From: Vicinamibacterales bacterium
Lineage (GTDB): Bacteria; Acidobacteriota; Vicinamibacteria; Vicinamibacterales; UBA2999
Reading direction: 5' to 3'
DNA length: 64,000 nucleotides
Assembly (NCBI GenBank): GCA_050247255.1
Contig: JBFWUM010000002.1
Location: forward strand, 79,488-143,487
The translations under genes and the position numbers were made by a program. Shown here piece by piece: positions 26,847 to 35,778 of this stretch. Below the pieces are notes generated by a model. The model was not told where the DNA came from. It ran no database searches and saw only the letters and a list, made by a program, of their open reading frames with translations. Positions within the stretch are counted from its first letter, which is position 1; each line of letters opens with the position of its first letter.

Positions 26847-28022
26847 ATGGCGACTGTTGCCCGCCGATCGATTCGCTACTGCACGCGCTGCGTGATGCCG
26901 GACACCAAGCCGGATCTGCTGCTCGATCACGAAAGCGTGTGCAACGCCTGCCGCGCCTACGAACACCGCGCCGTCGTCGACTGGGATCAGCGGCGTGCCG
27001 AGCTGGACACCGTGCTCGAACGTTATCGATCGCGGGACGGCTCGCGCTACGACTGCATCGTGCCGGTGAGCGGCGGCAAGGACAGCACGTTCCAGGTCAT
27101 CAAGATGCTGGAACTCGGCATGAATCCCCTCTGCGTGACCGCCACGACCGACAGCCTGACGCCGGTGGGCCGCCGCAACATCGAGAACATCAAGCACCTG
27201 GGCGTCGACTACGTCGAGGTGTCGACCAACCCGGTAATCCGGCGGCGAATGAACCGGCTCGCGCTGACCCAGGTCGGCGACATTTCCTGGCCCGAACATG
27301 TCGCCATCTTCACGATCCCGGTCCGCGTGGCCGTGGCGATGCGCGTGCCGTTGCTGATCTGGGGAGAGAACTCCCAGAACGAGTACGGCGGCCCGGCGGC
27401 CGCGGCCGACAGCAACGTGCTGACGCGGCGCTGGCTGGAGGAATTCGGGGGGCTGCTCGGCCTGCGGGTGTCCGATCTCCGCGGCGTCGAAGGGATCGAG
27501 TCGAAGCACCTGATTCAGTACACCTACCCGACCGACGACGAACTGCGGGAGGCCGGGGTCACCGGGTTGTTCCTGGGCTATTACCTGCCGTGGGACGGCT
27601 ACCGCAACACGCTCGTCGCGCAGGCATTCGGTTTCGAGAGCCATCCGCACGCGGTGGAAGGATCGGCGGTGAACTACGAGAACGTCGACAACTTCCAGAC
27701 GGGCATTCACGACTACTTCAAGTTCCTGAAGTACGGCTTCGGGCGCGCCACCGATCTGGCCTGCCTCCACCTGCGGCGAGGGCGCCTCAGCCGCGGCGAG
27801 GCGATGGCCATCGTCAGGCGGCTTGATGGCCGCTTCCCCTGGACCTATCTCGGACGGCCGCTCGAGGAGATTCTCGGCGAGATCGACATGACGCTCGACG
27901 AGTTCGTCGCCGTCTGCGATCGCTTCACCAACAAGAAGCTCTTCGTCTGCGACGCCAACGGCCAGCTGGTCAGGGATCGCCGCGGCAACCTGACGAAGAT
28001 CAACTACGACAACGGCGACTGA
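26847..28022 (+). CDS. N-acetyl sugar amidotransferase (WbpG/WbuX/PseA family, PP-loop ATP pyrophosphatase)
   Basis: AGGAG lies 5 nt upstream. An N-terminal Cys4 (CTRCVMP...CNAC), the PP-loop VPVSGGKDS, and LIWGENSQNEYGG are present. Confidence 0.85.
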   Translation: MATVARRSIRYCTRCVMPDTKPDLLLDHESVCNACRAYEHRAVVDWDQRRAELDTVLERYRSRDGSRYDCIVPVSGGKDSTFQVIKMLELGMNPLCVTATTDSLTPVGRRNIENIKHLGVDYVEVSTNPVIRRRMNRLALTQVGDISWPEHVAIFTIPVRVAVAMRVPLLIWGENSQNEYGGPAAAADSNVLTRRWLEEFGGLLGLRVSDLRGVEGIESKHLIQYTYPTDDELREAGVTGLFLGYYLPWDGYRNTLVAQAFGFESHPHAVEGSAVNYENVDNFQTGIHDYFKFLKYGFGRATDLACLHLRRGRLSRGEAMAIVRRLDGRFPWTYLGRPLEEILGEIDMTLDEFVAVCDRFTNKKLFVCDANGQLVRDRRGNLTKINYDNGD

Positions 28023-28027
28023 CGCGC

Positions 28028-28663
28028 GTGCCCACTGTTGCCATCGTCGATTACGGCCTCTGCAACCTCGACTCCGTCCGACGCGCGGTCGAGGAGTGCG
28101 GTGGCCGGCCGGTCGTCACGGCGCGGCCGGAGCCGGTGCTCGAGGCGTCGCACGTCATCCTGCCGGGTGTCGGCGCGTTCCCCGAGGCGATGGCCACGCT
28201 GCGGCGGTCGGGGCTCGCGGAGGCGCTGACGCAGCAGGTGATCGCGCGCGGCGTGCCGTTCCTCGGCATCTGCCTCGGCATGCAGCTGATGGCCGCCCGT
28301 GGCACCGAAGGGGGCGTGACCGACGGCCTGGGGTGGATTCCCGGCGAGGTGCGGCGCCTCGAGGGCCTGGCCGAGGCGCGGGTCCCGCACGTCGGCTGGA
28401 ACGAGGTGCACGCGACGCGGCCATGCGCCCTGCTCGACGGCGTTGCGCCCGGGGCCGATGTCTACTTCGTGCACAGCTACGCGATGGTGCCGTCGGAGGA
28501 GCGCGACATCGTCGCGACGACGCCGCGCGGCGAGATGCCGTTTGTCTCGATCGTGCAGCGCGACAACGTCGCCGGCGTGCAGTTCCACCCCGAGAAGAGC
28601 CAGCGGGTTGGTTTCGCGATCCTGCGCAACTTCCTTCGCGACGGGGTTCCGGCGCGTGTGTGA
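28028..28663 (+). CDS. hisH: Glutamine amidotransferase, HisH paralog (WbuY-like) of the acetamidino module
   Basis: VAIVDYGLCNLDSVRRAV, LPGVGAF, GICLGMQL (catalytic Cys) and VQFHPEKS are present. No other his genes are nearby. Confidence 0.85.
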   Translation: MPTVAIVDYGLCNLDSVRRAVEECGGRPVVTARPEPVLEASHVILPGVGAFPEAMATLRRSGLAEALTQQVIARGVPFLGICLGMQLMAARGTEGGVTDGLGWIPGEVRRLEGLAEARVPHVGWNEVHATRPCALLDGVAPGADVYFVHSYAMVPSEERDIVATTPRGEMPFVSIVQRDNVAGVQFHPEKSQRVGFAILRNFLRDGVPARV

Positions 28664-28681
28664 ACTGAACATGGGAGCCTT

Positions 28682-29473
28682 ATGTCCGTAACGGCTGCCG
28701 CGCCGCCTGCCGCCCCCCGGGCGGCATGGCGCCAGCGGCTGCGCGCCCTCCTCCTGCCGATCTACAAGCCCTCGCGCTCGCGGCTCGCGTTGCCGGTCTG
28801 GCGCGCGGTGTTGATGCGGCCGGCGGTGTTCGAGGTGTGGTTCCGGCTGCGCGCGTGGTGGCTGCTGGCGACCGGCGGCGGCCTGCGCGGCGCCGCCGGG
28901 CCCGCCGCGAGCGACGACACGTTCCTCGGCCGGGTCTGGAGCTACAACCGATCGCAGATGTGGGAGTTCTACCGCATCCGCACCGAGAAGTTCATGGCCG
29001 TCCTGCGCTGCGTGGACGCACTGCCGCCCGAGCCGCGCATGCTGGTGATCGGCCCGCGGAACGAGGCCGAGATCCTGCTGCTGTCGCTGTACGGATTCCC
29101 GCTGAAGCACATTACCGCCATCGATCTCTTCAGCTACAGCCCGAAGATCCAGTGCATGGACATGCACGACATCAGGTTCCCCGACAATTCGTTCGACATC
29201 GTCTATTCCGCGTGGACGCTGAAGTACTCGTACGACCTGCCGCGCGCCTGCCGCGAGCTGCTGCGCGTGGTGCGGCCGGGCGGCGTGGTGGTGACCGGCT
29301 TCTCGCACACGACCGCGATCACCGGCGAGGTCGGTGCGCCGCTTGCCGGCGGCCTGGCCGAGCTGCTCGAGCAGTTTGCCCCGCACGTGGACTGGGTCTA
29401 CTGGCAGGAGCGCACGCCGGTTCCCGGTGCGGACGCCGAGGAAGTGTCGGTCATCTTCCGAGTCAAAAAGTGA
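28682..29473 (+). CDS. Class I SAM-dependent methyltransferase inserted between the HisH and HisF paralogs
   Basis: 263 aa. MLVIGPRNEAEILLL, MDMHDIRFPDNSFDIVYSAWTLKY and VVRPGGVVV form a methyltransferase core. The N-terminal ~70 aa are basic/hydrophobic. Confidence 0.7.
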   Translation: MSVTAAAPPAAPRAAWRQRLRALLLPIYKPSRSRLALPVWRAVLMRPAVFEVWFRLRAWWLLATGGGLRGAAGPAASDDTFLGRVWSYNRSQMWEFYRIRTEKFMAVLRCVDALPPEPRMLVIGPRNEAEILLLSLYGFPLKHITAIDLFSYSPKIQCMDMHDIRFPDNSFDIVYSAWTLKYSYDLPRACRELLRVVRPGGVVVTGFSHTTAITGEVGAPLAGGLAELLEQFAPHVDWVYWQERTPVPGADAEEVSVIFRVKK

Positions 29474-30222
29474 AAGTCCGCATCATGCCCACGCTCCTGT
29501 TCAAGGACGTGGGCCTGGTCAAGGGAGTCCGCTTCGATTCGTGGCGCCGCGTCGGCAGCGCCGTCCAGGCGGTCAAGGTCTACAACATGCGCGAGGTCGA
29601 CGAGCTCGTGTTCATGGACATCACGGCTACCGTCGAGGGACGGGAACCCGACTTTGCCACGGTCGACGAGCTCGCCGACGAGTGCTTCATGCCGCTGACC
29701 GTTGGCGGCGGCGTCCGCACCATCGAGGATGTCGGCCGGCTGCTACGCGTCGGCGCCGACAAGGTGTCGCTCAACACGGCGGCGATCGAAAGGCCCGACC
29801 TCATCACCGCGGCGGCGGAGCGATACGGCACCCAGTGCGTGGTGGTGTCGCTCGACGCCCGGCGAACGGCAACCGGCTACGAGGTGTGCACACGCGCCGG
29901 GACCGCACCCACGGGGATCGACCCCGCCGATGCGGCGGCACAGGCCGAAGCACGGGGCGCCGGCGAGATCCTGATCACGTCGATCGACCGCGACGGCACG
30001 ATGGAGGGATACGACGTCCCGCTCGTCGCCCGCGTGGCCGCCGCCGTCCGTATTCCGGTCATCGCCGCAGGCGGCGCCGGCAGCTACGAGCACATGCGCG
30101 AGGCGCTTGCCGGCGGCGGCGCGTCCGCGGTGGCCGCGGCCAGCATGTTTCACTTCACCCATCAGACGCCGCTCGAAGCCAAGCAGTACCTGCAGGCGCA
30201 TGGCTTCCAGATGCGCCGCTAG
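29470..30222 (+). CDS. hisF: HisF paralog (WbuZ/AglZ-like cyclase subunit) of the acetamidino module
   Basis: GTG 29470 (GTGA overlap) gives (M)KVRIMPTLLFKD, matching the conserved RIIPxLL start; the alternative is ATG 29485. PLTVGGGVRT, ADKVSLNTAAI, EILITSIDRDGT and PVIAAGGAG are present. Confidence 0.85.
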   Translation: MKVRIMPTLLFKDVGLVKGVRFDSWRRVGSAVQAVKVYNMREVDELVFMDITATVEGREPDFATVDELADECFMPLTVGGGVRTIEDVGRLLRVGADKVSLNTAAIERPDLITAAAERYGTQCVVVSLDARRTATGYEVCTRAGTAPTGIDPADAAAQAEARGAGEILITSIDRDGTMEGYDVPLVARVAAAVRIPVIAAGGAGSYEHMREALAGGGASAVAAASMFHFTHQTPLEAKQYLQAHGFQMRR

Positions 30223-30230
30223 GAGCCGGG

Positions 30231-30863
30231 ATGGAATCAGGGAAGCGCGACGAGTCACGTTCCGAGGTCACGCGCCTCGAACAGTTGTGGGGCGGAGAGT
30301 TCGGCGACGCGTACATCGAGCGCAACCGCGACGCGGGCGGGCCGCGGGAGCCGTTCTGGACCTCGCTGCTGGCGCAGTTTCCCGTGACGCGCGCGCTCGA
30401 GGTCGGCTGCAACACCGGCGCGAACCTGCGCTGGCTCGTCGGCGGTGTGCCGGAGGTGTTCGGCGTGGACGTCAACACGACGGCGCTGGCCGATGTCCGG
30501 AGGAACCTGTCATCGGTCAACGCGGTCCATGCCGCCGGCCGTGAGCTGCCGTTTCGAGACGGGTGGTTCGACCTGGCATTCACGATGGGGGTGCTGATCC
30601 ACCAGCCGACCGAATCGCTGCCGCTGGTGATGGCGGAAATCGTGCGCTGCTCGCGGCGCTACGTGCTGTGCGGCGAGTATTTCTCCGAGGAGACGGTCGA
30701 AGTCCCCTACCGCGGGCATCGCGGGGCGTTGTTCAAGCGCGATTTCGGCGGCCTCTACCAGCGCCTGTTTCCCGAGCTGGCGCTGCGCGCCAGCGGCTTC
30801 CTCGGGCGCGACGCCGGCTGGGATGACGTGACCTGGTGGATGTTCGAGAAGCAGCCGCGGTGA
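30231..30863 (+). CDS. Pseudaminic acid biosynthesis-associated methylase family protein
   Basis: AGGAG at 30221-30225. 210 aa. LWGGEFGDAYIERN, ALEVGCNTGANLRWL, FDLAFTMGVLIHQ and YFSEETVEVPYRGH are present. The family call is from memory of the TIGRFAM Pse-associated methylase and from context. Confidence 0.7.
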   Translation: MESGKRDESRSEVTRLEQLWGGEFGDAYIERNRDAGGPREPFWTSLLAQFPVTRALEVGCNTGANLRWLVGGVPEVFGVDVNTTALADVRRNLSSVNAVHAAGRELPFRDGWFDLAFTMGVLIHQPTESLPLVMAEIVRCSRRYVLCGEYFSEETVEVPYRGHRGALFKRDFGGLYQRLFPELALRASGFLGRDAGWDDVTWWMFEKQPR

Positions 30864-31591
30864 GGCGCGTCGCCATCATCCAGGCGCGCACCGGCTCGGC
30901 CCGCCTGCCCGGTAAGGTGCTGGCGGACGTTGCCGGCCGGCCGATGCTCGAGCGGGTGATCGACCGCGTGATGCGCTCGGGCCGGGTCGATGCGGCGGTC
31001 GTGGCGACGACCAATCGCGCGGCCGACGATCCGGTGGCCGAACTGGCCCGCGCCCTGGGCGTCGGCGTCTTTCGCGGCGACGAAGAGGACGTGTTGTCCC
31101 GGTACCTCGGTGCCGCCCGGGAGGCGCGGGCGGAGGTCGTGGTCCGCGTGACCGCGGACTGCCCGCTGCTCGATCCGGAGGTGGTGGCGCGGGTCGTCGA
31201 CACGCTGTGTGGTGCCGCGCGCGACGTCGATTACGCATCGAATGTGATGACCCGGACGTTCCCGCGCGGGCTCGACGTGGAGGCGCTCTTCGTCGACGTG
31301 CTGGAACGGGTCGCGCGCATGAGCTCGAGCCAGCCGTCCCGTGAGCACGTGACCTACCACATCCTGCGGGAGCGCCCCGAGCTGTTCGCGACCCGGAGCG
31401 TGGAGGATGTCGTCGACAACTCCGACCTGCGGTGGACCGTCGACGAAGCCGCCGACCTGGAGATGGTGCGGCAGGCGTATGCAACGCTGGGGCTGGACGC
31501 CGGGCACATGTCCTATCGCGACATCTGTGCCTGGATGCGCGCCCATCCCGAGGTCGCCGGCCTCAACGCCCACGTCGCGCAGAAGGCCTGA
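30860..31591 (+). CDS. SpsF/COG1861-type cytidylyltransferase (candidate CMP-pseudaminic acid synthetase), copy 1
   Basis: GTG 30860 (GTGA overlap). VAIIQARTGSARLPGKVL...GRPMLERVIDR, FRGDEEDVLSRY and VTADCPLLDP are present. Confidence 0.8.
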   Translation: MRRVAIIQARTGSARLPGKVLADVAGRPMLERVIDRVMRSGRVDAAVVATTNRAADDPVAELARALGVGVFRGDEEDVLSRYLGAAREARAEVVVRVTADCPLLDPEVVARVVDTLCGAARDVDYASNVMTRTFPRGLDVEALFVDVLERVARMSSSQPSREHVTYHILRERPELFATRSVEDVVDNSDLRWTVDEAADLEMVRQAYATLGLDAGHMSYRDICAWMRAHPEVAGLNAHVAQKA

Positions 31592-31606
31592 ACCGAGCGT
31601 GCCCGC

Positions 31607-32356
31607 GTGAAGTGCGTCGCCACCATCGAAGCCCGTATGACCTCGTCGCGCCTGCCGGGGAAGGTGCTGATGACCGCGGCGGGCAAGCCGATGCTGCGGA
31701 TTCTCATCGAGCGCCTCAGGACTGTGCCGCGACTGGATGCCATCGTGGTGGCGACGACCGTCAACGCCACCGACGATCCGATTGCCGGGCTCGGGGCCGA
31801 GCTCGGCGTCCAGGTCTTTCGCGGCAGCGAGGACGACGTGCTCGGCCGCGTCTGCGGCGCGCTGGATGCCACCGGCGCGGACGTGTGCGTCGAGATCACG
31901 GGCGATTGTCCGCTCGTCGACCCGGCGATCGTCGGCGAAGCGATCGACGAGTACTTCCGCACGCGCGACACGCACTGGTACATCAGCAACTCCGACCCGC
32001 ACCGCGCCGTTCCCGCCGGCCTGGACGTCCAGGTGTTCGGCGCGGACCTGCTGCGCCAGCTCGAGCGCGTGACCCACGACCCGGAGGAACGCGAGCACGT
32101 CTCCTACGGCTTCTATCGCCCGGAGGCGGGGGATCGCTGGCGGCCGCGGTTCATCCGGCACGAGGCGGCGCGCGGCGCCGAGGGCCTGCTGGTGACACTC
32201 GACTACCGCGAGGACTACGAGCTGATCAGGGCGCTGTACGAGGACCTGCACACCGGGTCGCCGTTGTTCGGCGTTACGAGCATCGTCAACTGGATTCGGG
32301 CGCACCCCGAGGCCCACGCCAGGTGCCTGCAGGTGCGCGGGCTGACGGCGGCGTGA
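31607..32356 (+). CDS. SpsF/COG1861-type cytidylyltransferase, copy 2 (tandem paralog)
   Basis: GTG 31607. VATIEARMTSSRLPGKVL...GKPMLRILIER, FRGSEDDVLGRV and ITGDCPLVDP are collinear with copy 1. Confidence 0.8.
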   Translation: MKCVATIEARMTSSRLPGKVLMTAAGKPMLRILIERLRTVPRLDAIVVATTVNATDDPIAGLGAELGVQVFRGSEDDVLGRVCGALDATGADVCVEITGDCPLVDPAIVGEAIDEYFRTRDTHWYISNSDPHRAVPAGLDVQVFGADLLRQLERVTHDPEEREHVSYGFYRPEAGDRWRPRFIRHEAARGAEGLLVTLDYREDYELIRALYEDLHTGSPLFGVTSIVNWIRAHPEAHARCLQVRGLTAA

Positions 32357-33306
32357 GCGCCACGTGGCGGGTGGGCATCGTCGGCGCCGGGCTGATGGCC
32401 CAGGGATTCGACGCGCCCGGATCGCCGCGCGTACTCAGCATGGCGCACGCCTTTGCCCGCGTGCCGCGGTTCAGCGTGTCGGGCTTCTTCGATCAGCGAC
32501 CGGAGCGGGCGGCGGCAGCAGAGCAGCGCTGGGGAGTGCCGTCGACGCCGCGGGAGCGCGCTGCGTGGTTCGACCAGCGCTGGGACGTGATTTACATCGC
32601 GACGCCAGACGCGCAGCACGCGGGCGACCTGGAAACGGCGCTTGACGCGCGGCCGCGCGCGGTGCTGGTTGAAAAGCCGCTGGCCCTGGATGCCGGCGAC
32701 GCGGCTCAGCTGCTCGATCGCGCCGAGCGCGAGGGGGTGCCGCTGATCGTCAACTTCCCCCGGCGCCACCATTCGGCCGTTGCCGCGCTCCGCCGCATGG
32801 TGGCTGCCGGAGAGCTGTCGGCGCCGTCGAGCGCGTGGGCGGCCGTGTCCGGCGGCGCGGCGCACAACCTGCCGCACCTCATCGATCTGGTGCGCGCGGT
32901 GTGGGGCAGCGGGTGGGTGGTGTCCGGCGCCGGCCGCCGCGGCGAGCTGGTGACGCTGCGCTGGCAGCGCGCCGAGGAGACCTTCTGGATGTGCGTGGCG
33001 GAGCGCCGGGCCGAGTACTACGTCTGGGAGGCGCAGTTCCATTGCCCTGAGGGGAAGCTGGAGCTGTCGAAGAGCCCCGAGGTGCTCGAGTGGTCGGCGC
33101 CGGCGCCGCATCCGGATTACGCCAGCTACCGCGTTCTCCACCCGCGACTGAGCGCCGGCATGGAGGACGAGCCGCTGCTGACGCGCGCGGTGGCGTCGCT
33201 CGCCGGGGTGCTCGACGACCCGGCGGCGGCCGCGGCCGCGCTCGCCATCGAGCGGGAGACGCAGCGGCTGGTGGCCGCGGCGCTCGCATGCTTCGAACCG
33301 GAATGA
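32353..33306 (+). CDS. Gfo/Idh/MocA family oxidoreductase
   Basis: GTG 32353 (GTGA overlap). WRVGIVGAGLMAQGF, IYIATPDAQHAGDLETAL and VLVEKPLA are present. Confidence 0.8.
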   Translation: MSATWRVGIVGAGLMAQGFDAPGSPRVLSMAHAFARVPRFSVSGFFDQRPERAAAAEQRWGVPSTPRERAAWFDQRWDVIYIATPDAQHAGDLETALDARPRAVLVEKPLALDAGDAAQLLDRAEREGVPLIVNFPRRHHSAVAALRRMVAAGELSAPSSAWAAVSGGAAHNLPHLIDLVRAVWGSGWVVSGAGRRGELVTLRWQRAEETFWMCVAERRAEYYVWEAQFHCPEGKLELSKSPEVLEWSAPAPHPDYASYRVLHPRLSAGMEDEPLLTRAVASLAGVLDDPAAAAAALAIERETQRLVAAALACFEPE

Positions 33307-34616
33307 CCATGTCCACACTTGCCCTGCTTGGCGGAACGCCGGTGCGCGATCGCCGCTTCCCGGCGCACAACCCGATCGGCCGCGAGGAACGCGATGCGGC
33401 GATTGCCGTCATCGAGGACGGCGAGCTGTCGCGCTTCCTTGGGTCGTGGCACCCCGACTTCTTCGGCGGTGCGCGCGTGCAGGCGTTCGAGGCCGAGTGG
33501 GCGGCGTTTGCCGGCGCCGGCTTTGCCGTCTCGGTCAACTCGAACACGTCGGGGCTGCTGGCGGCAGTGGCGGCGGCGGGCGCCGGGCCGGGTGACGAGG
33601 TCATTCTCCCGCCCTACACGATGTCGGCAACCGCCGCGGCGGTCGTCGCCAACAACGCCGTGCCGGTGTTCGCCGACATCAATGCGACCTCGTACTGCCT
33701 TGATGCAGCCGCCATCGAGGCGCGGCTGACGCCGCGGACCAGGGCGATCATCGTCGTCCATTTGTTCGGGCATCCGGCGGACATGGATCCCATCCTGGAG
33801 CTGGCCGCGCAGCATGGGCTGACGGTGATTGAGGATGCTGCCCAGGCGCCCGGCGCGCTCTACAAGGGGCGGCCGGTTGGCACGCTCGGCCACATGACGG
33901 TGTTCAGCCTGAACTACCACAAACACATTCACACCGGCGAAGGCGGCGTGGTCACCACCAACGACGAGCGGCTGGCGACGCGCCTGCGACTCGTCCGCAA
34001 TCACGGCGAGGCGGTGGTCGAGGAGATGGGGGTCACCGAGATCGCGCACACGTTCGGGTTCAACCTGCGGCTGACGGAGCTGCAGGCGGCGATCGGCTCG
34101 GCCCAGCTGCGGAAACTCCCGGCGCTGCTGGCGGCGCGGGTGCGCAACGCCACCTTTTTGTCCGAACGCATCGGCGCCCTGCCGGGCATTCATGCGCCGG
34201 TGGTGGCCGAGGGCTGCACCCACGCCTACTACGTGCAGCCGTTCTGGTTCGACGAGGAGGTGGTCGGCGTGCCGCGGGACCGCTTCGTGGAGGCGGTGAG
34301 CGCCGAACTCCCGACCGCCGAGAACCAGGATTGGCCCCTCGTGTATGCCGGTTACATGAAGCCGCTCTACCTGCAGCCGATGTACCAGCGGCGGATCGCG
34401 TATGGCGCCTCCGGCTGCCCGTTTGCCTGCCCGCTGTATCGCGGCGAGGTGAGCTATGCGCCCGGGATTTGTCCCGTCACCGAGCGCGTCGAGCGGCACA
34501 TCATCGGGACGGAATTCCTCCGTCCGCCGGCCGATCTCGACGACATGCGCGACGTTGCCGAGGCCTTCGCCAAGGTTTACGAGCACCGCCACGAGCTCGT
34601 GAGCAGTGCCGTCTAA
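33303..34616 (+). CDS. DegT/DnrJ/EryC1/StrS family aminotransferase (second of three)
   Basis: ATG 33303 (ATGA overlap). LALLGGTPVR, DEVILPPYTMSATAAAV, FSLNYHKHIHTGEGG and GFNLRLTELQAAIGSAQL are present. Confidence 0.85.
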   Translation: MTMSTLALLGGTPVRDRRFPAHNPIGREERDAAIAVIEDGELSRFLGSWHPDFFGGARVQAFEAEWAAFAGAGFAVSVNSNTSGLLAAVAAAGAGPGDEVILPPYTMSATAAAVVANNAVPVFADINATSYCLDAAAIEARLTPRTRAIIVVHLFGHPADMDPILELAAQHGLTVIEDAAQAPGALYKGRPVGTLGHMTVFSLNYHKHIHTGEGGVVTTNDERLATRLRLVRNHGEAVVEEMGVTEIAHTFGFNLRLTELQAAIGSAQLRKLPALLAARVRNATFLSERIGALPGIHAPVVAEGCTHAYYVQPFWFDEEVVGVPRDRFVEAVSAELPTAENQDWPLVYAGYMKPLYLQPMYQRRIAYGASGCPFACPLYRGEVSYAPGICPVTERVERHIIGTEFLRPPADLDDMRDVAEAFAKVYEHRHELVSSAV

Positions 34617-35778
34617 AGTCGACGTCGTGGCGGTCGCCTCGGACGCGGGCAGCGGCCGCGCGCTCGCGCCGGTCGTGCGACGGCTCGTTCGAAACGGCAC
34701 CGCCGTCATCGGCTATGCCAGCGGGCCGTCAGGCGAGATCCTGCCGCAGGAAGCGCCGGAGGCGACCACGGTGGCGCTCGACGACGACTGCACGCCCGGC
34801 GCGTTCGGCGATTTGATCGCCGGCAGCGACGCGCGAGTGGTCCTCACGGGCGCCGGGGCGTACAACAGGCTCGAGCACACGGCGCGGCTGGCTGCGCGGC
34901 ACTGCGGACGTCCATCGATTGCCGTCCTCGATTACTGGTTCGAGTACGCGCCGCGCTTTCAACGCGTCACCGATGGCCGGCGCGTCGACAGCTGGCCCGA
35001 CGTGCTGTGTGTGCCTGACGACGTGGCGGCGCGCGGCGTTGTCGAGGCGGGCGGCGATCCGAGCCGGGTCGTGGTGACCGGAAGTCCGAACATCGAAGCA
35101 TCACGGCTCTGGTGGGACGCGTATCACCCGGACCGGGAGCGGCTGGCGCACTCGCTCGGCGTCGATCCGGCGGCGCCGATCGTCGCGTTCTTTTCCGAGC
35201 CGCACCGCGCGAACCCCGACGGCCGCCCGTTCACCGGCCCCGGCGGGTTGATTCGTGACGACGGGTCGCCGCTCTTCGGCTACACCGCGGAGCAGATGCT
35301 CTCGCTGGTGATGCGCGCGCTGGCCGACGCCGGGCGCCGCCGGGACGTACGTATCCAGGTGATCGTGAAGGCGCACCCGCTCGAATGGACGCCTGGGCTG
35401 CGGGAATTCGCGGCCCGGTGGAACGACGGGTCGGCGAGCGTGTCGATCACCGAGGCTGCCCATCCGCGCGAGCTGGTCGCGCTGGCCGATGCGGTCGTGG
35501 GCATGAGCTCGGTGACGCTGATCGAAGCCGGGCTGGCGGCGCGCCCCACCTACAGCGTGCAAATAGGGCTGGGGGCGGACGCACCATTCGACCCGTGCGT
35601 GGCCAACCGGCTGGGGTTGGCCACGCCGGTCTTCGATGTCCCGGCACTGGAGACGTTCGCCGCAGCGATTGCCGGCGGCACCGCCTCGCCGCCGCCGGTA
35701 CGGCCGGCCGGCCTGCGAGTGGACGGCGCCACCGACGCGGTGGCGATGGTGGTGAACCGGGTGCTGGCGGCGGCCTGA
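34606..35778 (+). CDS. Hypothetical protein, GT-B/epimerase-like Rossmann architecture, unassigned family
   Basis: 390 aa with GTG start. VDVVAVASDAGSGRALAPVV, VVVTGSPNIEA, VGMSSVTLIEAGLAARPTY. No catalytic motif recognised. Position suggests a glycosyl- or nonulosonate-transferase accessory role. Confidence 0.5.
   Translation: MPSKVDVVAVASDAGSGRALAPVVRRLVRNGTAVIGYASGPSGEILPQEAPEATTVALDDDCTPGAFGDLIAGSDARVVLTGAGAYNRLEHTARLAARHCGRPSIAVLDYWFEYAPRFQRVTDGRRVDSWPDVLCVPDDVAARGVVEAGGDPSRVVVTGSPNIEASRLWWDAYHPDRERLAHSLGVDPAAPIVAFFSEPHRANPDGRPFTGPGGLIRDDGSPLFGYTAEQMLSLVMRALADAGRRRDVRIQVIVKAHPLEWTPGLREFAARWNDGSASVSITEAAHPRELVALADAVVGMSSVTLIEAGLAARPTYSVQIGLGADAPFDPCVANRLGLATPVFDVPALETFAAAIAGGTASPPPVRPAGLRVDGATDAVAMVVNRVLAAA

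Noticed and set aside
28028-30222. hisH/hisF as histidine biosynthesis genes.
   Set aside because: No hisA/B/C/D/G/I are nearby. The genes sit next to a WbpG/PseA-type amidotransferase inside the Pse cluster, the known context of the glycan-specific HisH/HisF paralogs.
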